A stretch of DNA of 64,000 bases. It comes from an uncultured delta proteobacterium. GTDB taxonomy: Bacteria; Desulfobacterota; Binatia; HRBIN30; BPIQ01. Positions within the stretch are counted from its first letter, which is position 1. Each line of letters opens with the position of its first letter. The notes below the pieces were generated by a model. That model saw nothing but the letters and a program-made list of their open reading frames with translations. It was not told the DNA's origin and did no database searches. The translations under genes and the position numbers were made by a program. This document shows positions 1 to 9,162 of the stretch, in pieces. The stretch lies in contig CAVXGR010000012.1 of assembly GCA_963761335.1 (NCBI GenBank), positions 672,001-736,000 of the forward strand, given 5' to 3'.

Positions 1-310
1 TGGAGCTCAAGAACGGCAGCGGCTCGGTGAAGGTCGACCTGGCGCAGCCGCCTCTGAGCGTCTGCATCCCGGCTAACACCAGCACGCAGCTGCTCGGCGT
101 GGCTCTCCACGAGCCGTCCGCTGATCCCAACACGCTGGCCACCTCGGATCTCGCCCGCTGGGCTTCATCGAGCAGTGGCGCCCCACCACCAGCACCTACG
201 GCATCCCCTGCCCCGGCGCGACTCTGCCGCTGCCGGGCTCGGCCACCGGTCTGCCGACCCTGACCGGCGTCGGTCCCGTCATCGGCGTCGCCGGCGGTCT
301 GGCGCAGTAA
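1..310 (+). CDS. 3' end of Cys-rich secreted protein, paralog of 1769..3064 (5' partial, frameshift near 159)
   Basis: ELKNGSGSVKVDLAQPPLSVCIPA, then after a 1-bp shift IPCPGATLPLPGSATGLPTLTGVGPVIGVAGGLAQ*; closely matches the C-terminus at 2762..3064. Confidence 0.75.
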
Positions 311-347
311 CCACCATCAGCCTCCGCAACAGCGGAGCGAAGCAAGG

Positions 348-382
348 AAGGGGCGGTCCTCAGGGACCGCCCCTTTTCTTTT
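348..382 (+). terminator. Rho-independent terminator
   Basis: AAGGGGCGGTCC-TCAG-GGACCGCCCCTT followed by a T-rich tract, downstream of the stop at 310. Confidence 0.8.
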
Positions 383-413
383 GTCCTCGGAGCGCCGGGA
401 GTGAAGAAGAAGA

Positions 414-484
414 AATGGAAAACGACGGAATGAGAACCGGGAACGAGAACCGGGAATGCCCCGGCCCCCCGCCGTTCTCCATTC
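414..484. repeat. Palindromic intergenic repeat, family D (GAAAACGACGG.ATGAGAACCGG)
   Basis: Related copies in inverted arrangement at 7668..7840 and a more diverged version at 59831..59945. Confidence 0.6.
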
Positions 485-505
485 CGTCGGCGTGCCGGCC
501 GGGGA

Positions 506-1364
506 CAGTGCGTCATGAGCCTGCGGCTCACCAACAGGCGATGAAAATGGACGGCGTCCTGATTCACCGATCAGACCTTCCGATGATACTTCCGCGCCGC
601 GGGGGCGGGTCTCCTCTCCCCGCATCTTTCCGCGGGGAGAGGATCAAGGTGAGGGGTTCCTGTCTCACTGAAAGCTCGTGAATTTCCACGGCCTTCACAG
701 AGATCGGCACCCTCACCCTGACCCTCTCCCGCCAAGTAATGCGGGAGAGGGAACGCGCCCCCGAAGCGCACACCCAACAGATTTTCGAAGCAGTGCGTCA
801 TGAGCCTTGCGGCTCACCAACAGACGATGAAAATGGACGGCGTCCTGATTCACCGATCAGACGCTTGCGATGATACTTCCGCGCCGCGGGGGCGGGTCTC
901 CTCTCCCCGCATCTTTCCGCGGGGAGAGGATCAAGGTGAGGGGTTCCTGTCTCACTGAAAGCTCGTGAATCTCCACGGCCTTCACAGAGATCGGCACCCT
1001 CACCCTGACCCTCTCCCGCCAAGTAATGCGGGAGAGGGAACGCGCCCCCGAAGCGCACACCCAACAGATTTTCGAAGCAGCGCGTCATGAGCCTTGCGGC
1101 TCACCAGCAGACGATGAAAATGGACGGCGTCCTGATTCACGACAGACGCTTCGATGATACTTCCGCGCCGCGGGGGCGGGTCTCCTCTCCCCGCATCTTT
1201 CCGCGGGGAGAGGATCAAGGTGAGGGGTTCCTGTCTCACTGAAAGCTCATGAATCTCCACGGCCCTCACAGAGATCGGCACCCTCACCCTGACCCTCTCC
1301 CGCCAAGTAATGCGGGAGAGGGAACCCTCCCCCGAAGCGCACACCCAACAGATTTTCGAAGCAG
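506..1364. repeat. Three tandem ~286-bp units, each carrying a BoxC-like inverted doublet
   Basis: Units start at 506, 791 and 1078 and are near-identical; each has CCTCTCCCCGC..GCGGGGAGAGG..GGTGAGGGG, a ~53-bp spacer, then CCCTCACCCTGACCCTCTCCCGC..GCGGGAGAGGG. Confidence 0.9.
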
Positions 1365-1768
1365 GCACCTTTTCGGCAGCCGAGGCCGAAGGCTAAAAAA
1401 AGGAGCCAGCCCCCTTGTGGGCCCAGCCATCAGCGATGCTTCTCCGGCACGCCCCGCTGATCAGAGCAGCCCGATACCGACGCGCATAAGCGTCCGATAA
1501 CGGAAGACCGGCCCTTCAGCATCAGCTGACCCTGTCCCCCCACCGGCTCTGAATGAAAAAACCTAAGCAATTCCGATAGTCAATTGAAACCTAGGGAAAA
1601 CCCCGCATAGCATGATCTCAATACCTGCGCGGAGGGGGCCGCCGCCCCCTTCAAAAGTCCGCCAATGCAAATCTCGCTCAAGATCATCTCGCGCGACCGC
1701 GCGCCGCCCCTCTGGTTGCCGGCTATCGCCCCGGACGACCATTCTAACGAGGAGGGAGAGAGATCCTT

Positions 1769-3064
1769 ATGACGAGAAGAATTGCTTACCTGTGCCTGGC
1801 GGTGCTTCTGGCGTTCGCCCTGAGCAGCCCCGTCTACGCCGGGGCCACCAAGGTACAGGGTAACCTCGTGACCCCGCCGGTCACTCTCGACGCCGGCTCC
1901 GACAAGCTGCCGGCCCCGGCCGGCGACGGCTTCAACGACACGGTCAGCGTGCCCGCCGATTCCTCGTGCCCGCTGCCGGGCATCGGCGCCTGCGCCGCTG
2001 ACCCGAACACCACCTGCGGCATCGCGCCCGGCATGGGCGCCGATCCGTTCAGCGGCGAGTGCCCGCCGTCGGGCGGCGCCTGCGGCGGCCCCGCCCTCAC
2101 CGAGACCTGCTGCGTCGAGGCCCTGACCGGCCCCGATGGCATCACCGCCGGCGACGATCCGGGCACCATCGCCCTCGCTCGTCCAAGGGCAAGGTGAAGA
2201 TCCTGGTCAAGGGCACGAATGACAAGGCCAACAAGCTGAAGGTGCTCATCCAGTGCCAGGTGAAGGATGTCCAGGACGGCGGCGACGATGTGACCACCGA
2301 TCAGAACGCCGACCCCAACAACCCCGGCACCTGCCAGGGCGGCCCGAACGACGGCCTTCCCTGCACCAAGGACTCGAACTGCAAGGACCACGATCGATCC
2401 CAAGGGCCTGTACTTCTGCACCAGCGGTGACGAGTACAACTGCACCATCGACGGCATCGTCGGCTCCAACCCTGACAACCTCCCGGCCTGCGCGGCTCCC
2501 TGCCTCGCCGTTCTCGCCCCGCCTGCCGGTTGCGGCAGCCCCCAAGGCGGCCTCTGCGCCATCGGCACCTGCGCCGGCGGCAGCATCCGCGACGGCCAGC
2601 CCTGCGACATCACCGGCCAGACCACCTGCCCGGGTGGCTTCTGCGACGGCGTCAGCAGCCCCCTGGCTCTGACCGGCGACGAGACCGGCTTCTTTGCGCC
2701 GCAATTCAGTGGCGACGCCTACCTCATCTGCCCGATCGCCTTCGAGCTCGGCTACCCGATCGAGCTGAAGAAGGGCAAAGGCAAAGTGAAGGTCGACCTG
2801 GCGCAGTCGCCTCTCAACGTCTGCATCCCGGCCGGCAACAGCACCCAGCTGGTGGGCGCGGCGATCCACGCCCCGAGCGGCGATCCGACCGGCAACACCT
2901 CGAACCTGGCCCGCATCGGCTTCTACACGGGCAGCAGCACCACCAGCGCCAACACCATCCCCTGCCCCGGTGTCACCCTGCCTCTGCCGGGCTCGGCGAC
3001 CGGCCTGCCGACCCTCACCGGCGTTGGTCCGATCATCGGCACCACCGGCGGTCTGGCTCAGTAG
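1769..3064 (+). CDS. Secreted Cys/Gly/Pro-rich protein of ~430 aa with two compensating frameshifts (~2178 and ~2390)
   Basis: GGAG-rich RBS; signal peptide MTRRIAYLCLAVLLAFALSSPVYA; pieces join across ORFs 1769..2197, 2059..2430 and the frame of 2786..3064; C-x-GG-x-x-DG-x-x-C type motifs. Confidence 0.7.
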
Positions 3065-3100
3065 ACACCATCAGCCTCCGCTGCTGCGGAGCGAAGTGAA

Positions 3101-3135
3101 GAAGGGGCGGTCCTCGCGGGCCGCCCCTTTCTTTT
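3101..3135 (+). terminator. Rho-independent terminator
   Basis: GAAGGGGCGGTCC-TCGC-GGGCCGCCCCTTT then CTTTT; homologous to 348..382. Confidence 0.8.
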
Positions 3136-3139
3136 GGAG

Positions 3140-3429
3140 CCCTCACCCTGACCCTCTCCCGCGAAAAGATGCGGGAGAGGGGACCTGTGGCCGCCAAGGG
3201 AGACCAGAACAAGACGAGCTCGCCGCGGGGGTGGGTCCCCTCTCCCGCATCTTTTCGCGGGAGAGGGGAACCTGTGGCCGCCAAGGGAGACCAGAACAAG
3301 ACGAGCTCGCCGCGGGGGCGGGTCCCCTCTCCCGCATCTTTTCGCAAGGGAGACCAGAACAAGACGAGCTCGCCGCGGGGGTGGGTTCCCTCTCCCGCAT
3401 CTTTTCGCGGGAGAGGGTCAGGGTGAGGG
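3140..3429. repeat. BoxC-like palindrome cluster with ~87-bp tandem units, left of DUF559 gene
   Basis: Forward arm 3140..3182; units at 3183 and 3270 plus a partial at 3345; inverted arm 3388..3429. Confidence 0.9.
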
Positions 3430-3517
3430 CTCCGAGTCTTGGCCGCCACGCATCGAGGCGGCGCCGTCGATTTGACCTCTGATGCTCGCCCCCGGGCGCC
3501 GGCAGAATGGATCTGCC

Positions 3518-3880
3518 ATGACGGCACTCGGCCCGGAGCAGAAGGCGCGAGCCCGGCGGCTTCGAAGAGAGCAGACCGACGCAGAGCGACGTCTCTGGAA
3601 GCGCCTTCGCAACCGGGGGCTCGGCGGGGCAAAGTTCCGCCGGCAACATCCGATTGGCCCCTACTTCGCCGACTTCTGCTGCATGGAGCTTGGGATCATT
3701 ATCGAGCTCGACGGCGACCAGCACGCCGATCAGGTGGAGGGCGATGCCAGACGGACGCGCTATCTCCAGGGTCGCGGCTTCACCGTGCTGCGCTTCTGGA
3801 ACTTTGAGGTGACGCGACAGATCGATTTCGTGCTCGAGCGGATCTGGCTGGCCGTCGAGGAACGCCGACCCTCACCCTGA
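3518..3880 (+). CDS. DUF559 / Vsr-like endonuclease-domain protein
   Basis: ARRLRREQTDAERRLWKRLR..KFRRQHPIGPYFADF..IIELDGDQH..DARRT.YL..RGF.VLRFWN. Confidence 0.9.
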   Translation: MTALGPEQKARARRLRREQTDAERRLWKRLRNRGLGGAKFRRQHPIGPYFADFCCMELGIIIELDGDQHADQVEGDARRTRYLQGRGFTVLRFWNFEVTRQIDFVLERIWLAVEERRPSP

Positions 3881-3990
3881 CCCTCTCCCGCGAAAAGATG
3901 CGGGAGAGGGGACCCGGGTCCGGAGCGGGCCGGTCTTTTGCGGCGGGCACAGGTTCCCTCTCCCGCATCTTTCGCGGGAGAGGGGACCTG
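3869..3990. repeat. BoxC-like palindrome cluster right of DUF559 gene
   Basis: CCCTCACCCTGACCCTCTCCCGCGAAAAGATGCGGGAGAGGGG supplies the gene's stop codon; second hairpin near 3956..3985. Confidence 0.9.
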
Positions 3991-4045
3991 TGGCCGAGAC
4001 CAGGTCGTTTTGTTCTGGTTCCGTCCTCGCATATGAAAGGACGGC

Positions 4046-5904
4046 GTGAACCCAGCCACCGAGCCACCGAGCCACCGAGCCACCGGCGACGAGCGCGCCG
4101 CCGCCTTTCGCCGGCTGCGCCAGCTGCTGGTGCAGCCGGCGGAACGCCTCGAGGCGGCGCGCCGCGCCCTCGACCTGCTCGACCGCGATCTGCTGCCGCG
4201 CTCGGCGGGCGGCGACACCTACCTGGTGTGCGGCATCGTCGGCCCCAACAACGCCGGCAAGTCGGCGCTCTTCAACTCGCTCCTGGGCCGCGACCTGAGC
4301 CCGTCGGTGCCGGCGGGTGGGGCGACGCGGCGGCTGGTCGGCGCCGCCTCCCCCGAGCTCCTCGCCCGGCTCGAGGCCGAGCCGTCGCTGGCCCGCTTCC
4401 ACCTGCGCCCCCTGGCGGCGGCGGCGAGCCGGCTGCAGGCGGCGCTGGAGCCGGCGCCCGATCCGGCGGAGCTGCTGCTGGTCGCCGACCCGTCGCTGCC
4501 GCCGAGCCTGCTGCTGATCGATACGCCCGACTTCGACAGCATCCTCCAGGACAACCGCTTCGCCAGTGAGTCGCTGCTGGCGGTCGCCGACCTGGTGATC
4601 GCCGTGGTCACCCGCCACTCGTACCAGAACCGCGAGGTGGTGCACTTCCTGCGCAGCTGGCTCGACCACGGCCGTCCCTGGATGCTGCTCTACAACGAGG
4701 CGATCGACGAGGAGGTGGCGCGGGCGCACGCCGCCAAGCTGATCGCCGACGTCGGCCACCCGCCGCTGGCGGAGTTCTGGGCGCCGCACAGCCTGGCGGT
4801 GCAGGACGGCTCCGAGCCGCTGATCGCCCGGCCGCACGCCGGCGAGCCGCCGGCGCCGCCGCCGATCTGCGCGCCATGCTCTTCGACCTGCAGCAGATCG
4901 CCGAGCTCAAGTCGCGCGCCGTCGCCGCCTCGCTGGCGCGGCTGCGCGACGACCTCGACGCGGTGACCGCGGGGCTCGCCGAGGAGGCGGCGCAGGGGCG
5001 CGAGCTGTGGAACGTGGCGGCGATCCGCGCCGCCGAGGTCGGCCGCGAGGTGGCCCTGGCGGCGATGCCCGCCGGGCCGTTCGTGCAGGCCTTTCGCGCC
5101 GTCCTCGACCGCCGCAGCAACCCGCTGAGCCGCAGCTGGCGCACTCTGGTGCGCGGCTTTCGCCTGCGCCTCGAGGACGTGGCCGGGCTCATCTGGGGTC
5201 GCTCGCGGCCGCCGGCCGGAGCCGACGGCGCCGGCGGCCTCGACGACATCGAGAAGGCGGCGCTGCGCCAGGCGTGGCCGGAGTTCTGGGAGGAGCTGGC
5301 CCGCGATCTCGGCCCCGAGGCCCGCCACCCGGCGCGGCGCGCCGCGCCGCCGCGCCTCGCCGCCCTGCTCGACGCCGATCTCGCCGAGGCCAACCGCCTG
5401 CCGGCGCTGGAGCGCGCCGCAGCGGCGCTGCAGACGCCGTCCGCCGATCTCACCGCCTTCGAGAACGCCTGCGCCGACGTCATCGAGCAGGCGATCGAGG
5501 AGCGCGGCTTCGACATCGACATCCAGGCGGCCGCTGACCTCGCCACCCTGGCGCCGCTGGCGCTGGCGGCGGCGGTGATCGTCAACACCGGCGGCGTCGG
5601 CGTCGATCTGGCGATCGCCGGCGGCGGCGCCGTCGGCACCTTCCTCATGGAGAAGTACTCGCACCTTTTGGGCAGCGGCATCCTCGCCGAGGCGCGGCGG
5701 CGCTGGGCCGACCTGCGGGGCGGCCACATCGCCGCGCAGCTGGCGCAGGCGGCGCTGGCGCACAGCGGCCCGGCGCTGGGCGAGATGGCACACGGCGAGA
5801 CCGCGGTGACCGCGGAGCTGCGGCGCCTGCGGCAGAGAATCGCCCAGGCGCCGCGGCCGCCCAGAGAAGAGCGCCGCGAGAGCCCGGCGGAGAGCGCCCG
5901 ATGA
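4046..5904 (+). CDS. Dynamin-like GTPase 1 (frameshift near 4860)
   Basis: G1 GPNNAGKS, G3 DTPDFDS, G4-like LLYNE; helical C-terminal part with a hydrophobic hairpin continues in ORF 4876..5904. Confidence 0.75.
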
Positions 5905-7646
5905 ACGGCGGACGCCCCGACTGGAAGCTGCAGGTGCGCCGCCTGCGCGATCGCCTGCGCGGGGACGTGGGCGCGGTCGCCGACCTGCGCGCCGTCGCCG
6001 GGCGCGCCGCCGAGATCGACCTGTTGCTCGCCGACCTCGATCGCCAGCTGGAGCGCGCCGAGCGCGCCGCGGTGATCACCCTGGTGGGCGCCACCGGCGC
6101 CGGCAAGTCGACGCTGCTCAACGCCATCGTCGGGCGCACCATCGCCCGCGAGGGCATCGACCGGCCGACGACGCGCCAGCCGGTGATCTACGCCCCGCGC
6201 GACGCCGACCTCGCCGACCTGCTCGAGGGCTGCCGCGCCGGCGCCGCCGCCGTCGAGCCGACGGTGGAGCGCTACGACCCGGTGCACAGCCCGTGGATGA
6301 GCCACGTGCTCATCGACTCCCCCGACCTCAACAGCGTCGCCGAGGAGCACCGCGAGCAGGTGCGCGTTCTCGCCGAGCACAGCGACATCCTGGTGGTCGT
6401 CCTGCACCGCCAGTCGGTGATCGAGCAGACGCCGGTGGAGTTCCTCGACAGCTTCGCGCGCCGCCGCGCCCTGGTGTTCGTCCTCAACCGCAGCGACGAG
6501 CTCACCGCCGCCGCCCGCGAGGCGCTGCTGGCGCAGGTGCGGGATCTGGTCACCGAGCGCTGGGGCGCCGGCGGCGCCCCGGTGATGGCGATCAGCGCCC
6601 GCGCCGCGCAGCTGCAGCCGCAGGCGCCGGAATGGCTGCACTTCGTCGAGGTGCTGGCGCAGATGGTGCGCGACTCGGCCCTGGCCGGGGTGCGCCGCCG
6701 GAACGCCCTCGGGGTCGCCGGCCTCATCGGGGCGCTGTTCGCCGAGGTGGACGACGAGGCGCGGCCGGATCTCGAGGCGCTGGCCGCCGAGGTCGCCGCC
6801 GGCACCGAGCGGCTGGTGCAGCGCACCGCCGAGGAGACCGCCGCCCGCTGGCAGCTGCGCGGCGCCGAGCTGGCGCGCCTGCTCTGGGGAGAGGCGGCAA
6901 AGCGCTGGGACGGGCCCTGCGGCTGGGCCCTGCGCGCCGGCTCCACCGCCTCGCTCGGCCTCGGCGCCGGCGCCGTGCTCGCCCGCCGCCATCCGCTGCT
7001 CGCCGCCGGCGCCGCGGTCGGCAGCGCCGCCGCCGAGCAGGCGCAGCGCGCCGCCGAGCGGCGGCAGCTCGACGAGGTGGAGGCGCTGCTGCCGGCACCC
7101 AGCGACTTCGCGCGCTGGTACTCCGAGGCGCTGTCGCCGGCGCGGGTGCGCGCCGCCCGCCTCACCGGAGATCCCGAGGCGCTCGGTCTGCCGGCGGCGG
7201 AGACCGTGTACGCGGCGGGCAGCAGCGCCGCCGCCGAGGCGTGGAGCGAGCTGGTGCACCGCCAGCTGCCGGCGGCGGCAGCGCGCAGCTGGCTGCGCTT
7301 CCTGCACCTGCCTCTCGATCTGCCGGTCTTCGGCCTCGCCGCCTGGGTCATCTACCGGGTCGCCGCCGGCTTCGTCGCCGGCGCCTACACCGGCATCGAC
7401 TTCCTGGTGAACGCCCTGCTCCTCGGCGCCGCCTATCTGTTCTGCGTGGTCTTCCTGACGCGCCGGGCCCTCGGCCTGCGCTCCCGCCGCCTGCTGCGCG
7501 AGGCCATCGCCCGCACCCGCGGCGTGCTCGCCGCCTGGCTCGACGGAGCCCGCGAGTCGGTGCGCCAGAGCACCGAGGCCAGGCTCACCCGCCTCGCCGA
7601 GCTGCGTCGCCTCGGCGACGACTGGCGCCAGCGCCTGGGCGGCTGA
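5901..7646 (+). CDS. Dynamin-like GTPase 2 with C-terminal TM helices
   Basis: GATGAGKSTL, RPTT, DSPD, VLNRSD; ATGA overlap with the upstream gene. Confidence 0.8.
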   Translation: MNGGRPDWKLQVRRLRDRLRGDVGAVADLRAVAGRAAEIDLLLADLDRQLERAERAAVITLVGATGAGKSTLLNAIVGRTIAREGIDRPTTRQPVIYAPRDADLADLLEGCRAGAAAVEPTVERYDPVHSPWMSHVLIDSPDLNSVAEEHREQVRVLAEHSDILVVVLHRQSVIEQTPVEFLDSFARRRALVFVLNRSDELTAAAREALLAQVRDLVTERWGAGGAPVMAISARAAQLQPQAPEWLHFVEVLAQMVRDSALAGVRRRNALGVAGLIGALFAEVDDEARPDLEALAAEVAAGTERLVQRTAEETAARWQLRGAELARLLWGEAAKRWDGPCGWALRAGSTASLGLGAGAVLARRHPLLAAGAAVGSAAAEQAQRAAERRQLDEVEALLPAPSDFARWYSEALSPARVRAARLTGDPEALGLPAAETVYAAGSSAAAEAWSELVHRQLPAAAARSWLRFLHLPLDLPVFGLAAWVIYRVAAGFVAGAYTGIDFLVNALLLGAAYLFCVVFLTRRALGLRSRRLLREAIARTRGVLAAWLDGARESVRQSTEARLTRLAELRRLGDDWRQRLGG

Positions 7647-7667
7647 GGCGCCGTCGCTCGGCGCTCC

Positions 7668-7840
7668 GTCGTTCTCATTCCGTCGTTCCCGGTTCTCATC
7701 CCGTCGTTTTCCATTGGCCCTGAACCGCCGCGTTCGTCCCCGCAGCCCGCAGATCAATGGAAAACGACGGCATGAGAACCGGGGATGGAGAACCGGGAAT
7801 GCCCCCCACCCCCGCAATACCATCCTTCTCCATTCCGTTC
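7668..7840. repeat. Family D inverted repeat cluster
   Basis: CCCGGTTCTCATCCCGTCGTTTTCCATT pairs with AATGGAAAACGACGGCATGAGAACCGGG. Confidence 0.75.
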
Positions 7841-7973
7841 CCGAAGCCGGCGGGCCTACGACCAAGGTCGTACATCACTCGCCAATTCCCGAATAATTCA
7901 TACCTTCCCGCGATTTTGGCCGGCGCCGTCGCGAGGCATTATCGGCTCACGTCAAGGGAAGAGGAGAACCACA

Positions 7974-9140
7974 GTGAGGCACATCGCAGACAGAGTCCCG
8001 GAGCCCCAGACATCGCCGGCAGGCCATGCCTGGACCCGACCGGACGGTGGCGAGGGCGTTGCCGTCATCGGTCACCTCGATCCCGCCGTGGCGGCCGCTC
8101 TCGCGGGCGAGCTCGAGCGCCGCGGCTACCGCGCCATCGCCGTTCCCGACCCCGGCGAGGCGCTGGTGGCTGCGGCGCGGGGGCACGCCGTCGCCGCGGT
8201 GCTCTACCGCGGCTTCGTCGAGGCCGCCGCCCCCGAGCTGCTCGGCCGCTTGCGGGCGGCCATGCCTCTGAGCCCGCTGATCATCGCCGGGCCGGAGGGC
8301 ACCACTCCGGTCGCCCCGGAGCACAACGCCATCTGCAGCGAGGACGACGCCCCGGCGCACCTCGCCGACCTGGTCGACTGCGGCGTCGCCGTCGCCCGCA
8401 GCCTCGGGCGCAGCCGCGCCGAGCACGAGGTGCGCAGCCTGATCCTCGCCAAGCTCTGCCACGATCTGCGCTCGCCGCTGCACGTCATCCAGGGATACAC
8501 CGAGGTGCTGCGCGGCGATCCGGCGGCGGCACCCTTCGAAAACATTCTCGAGCGCCTGGCGGGAGCCACCGACACCGCCATCGGGCTGATCGGCGACTAC
8601 CTCGATCTCGCCCGCCTCAACGCCCCGGGCATGGCCATTCGCCGCGAGCGCGTCGACCTGGAGGAGCTGGTTCAGGATCTGCGCGCCGCCGCCGAGCTGC
8701 GCATCGGCAAGCGGCCGCTGGCCTTCGAGGTGAGCAGCGCCGCGGGGCGCTCCTACCTCTACGCGGACGGCGACATCCTGCGCGCCGTGCTCGGGCAGCT
8801 GCTGGCCAACGCCGTGAAGTTCACGCCCAGCGGAGCGATCCGGCTGAGCATCTGCGGCGGCCACGGCGAGACCCGCTTCGAGGTCGCCGACCAGGGACCC
8901 GGTATCAGCGACGCCGAGCTGCCCGGCCTCTTCACCCCGTTTCGCCAGGGGGCTCCCGGGGCCCTGTCGAGCACCCCGGGCGAAGGGGTGGGGCTGGCGA
9001 TGGCCTCGCGCCTGACGGCCCTTCTCGGCGGCTCGCTGGCGGCGGCCCGGCGCCGCGAAGGCGGCGCCCTCTTCACGCTGCGGCTGCCCGAGGGGCTGCA
9101 CGCATATCCGCAGCAGGCGCGCGAGCGCGTCCTGCACTGA
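7974..9140 (+). CDS. Sensor histidine kinase with degenerate receiver-like N-terminus
   Basis: GAGGAG RBS before GTG; HDLRSPL H-box, NAVKFT, DQGPG, GVGLA. Confidence 0.85.
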   Translation: MRHIADRVPEPQTSPAGHAWTRPDGGEGVAVIGHLDPAVAAALAGELERRGYRAIAVPDPGEALVAAARGHAVAAVLYRGFVEAAAPELLGRLRAAMPLSPLIIAGPEGTTPVAPEHNAICSEDDAPAHLADLVDCGVAVARSLGRSRAEHEVRSLILAKLCHDLRSPLHVIQGYTEVLRGDPAAAPFENILERLAGATDTAIGLIGDYLDLARLNAPGMAIRRERVDLEELVQDLRAAAELRIGKRPLAFEVSSAAGRSYLYADGDILRAVLGQLLANAVKFTPSGAIRLSICGGHGETRFEVADQGPGISDAELPGLFTPFRQGAPGALSSTPGEGVGLAMASRLTALLGGSLAAARRREGGALFTLRLPEGLHAYPQQARERVLH

Positions 9141-9162
9141 CAACCTGAGCGGGGGAATTCTC

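Noticed and set aside
506..1368. Short minus-strand ORFs in the tandem repeats
   Set aside because: They are translations of palindromic repeats with no coding signature
1500..1768. Riboswitch or sigma-54 promoter upstream of the Cys-rich gene
   Set aside because: AT-richer, promoter-like sequence, but no consensus I could match
4608..7865. 1085-aa minus-strand ORF, and similar long ORFs such as 9528..12779, 19037..21841, 35909..38572, 44093..46750 and 54967..57924
   Set aside because: Antisense or off-frame shadows of recognisable genes in GC-rich DNA
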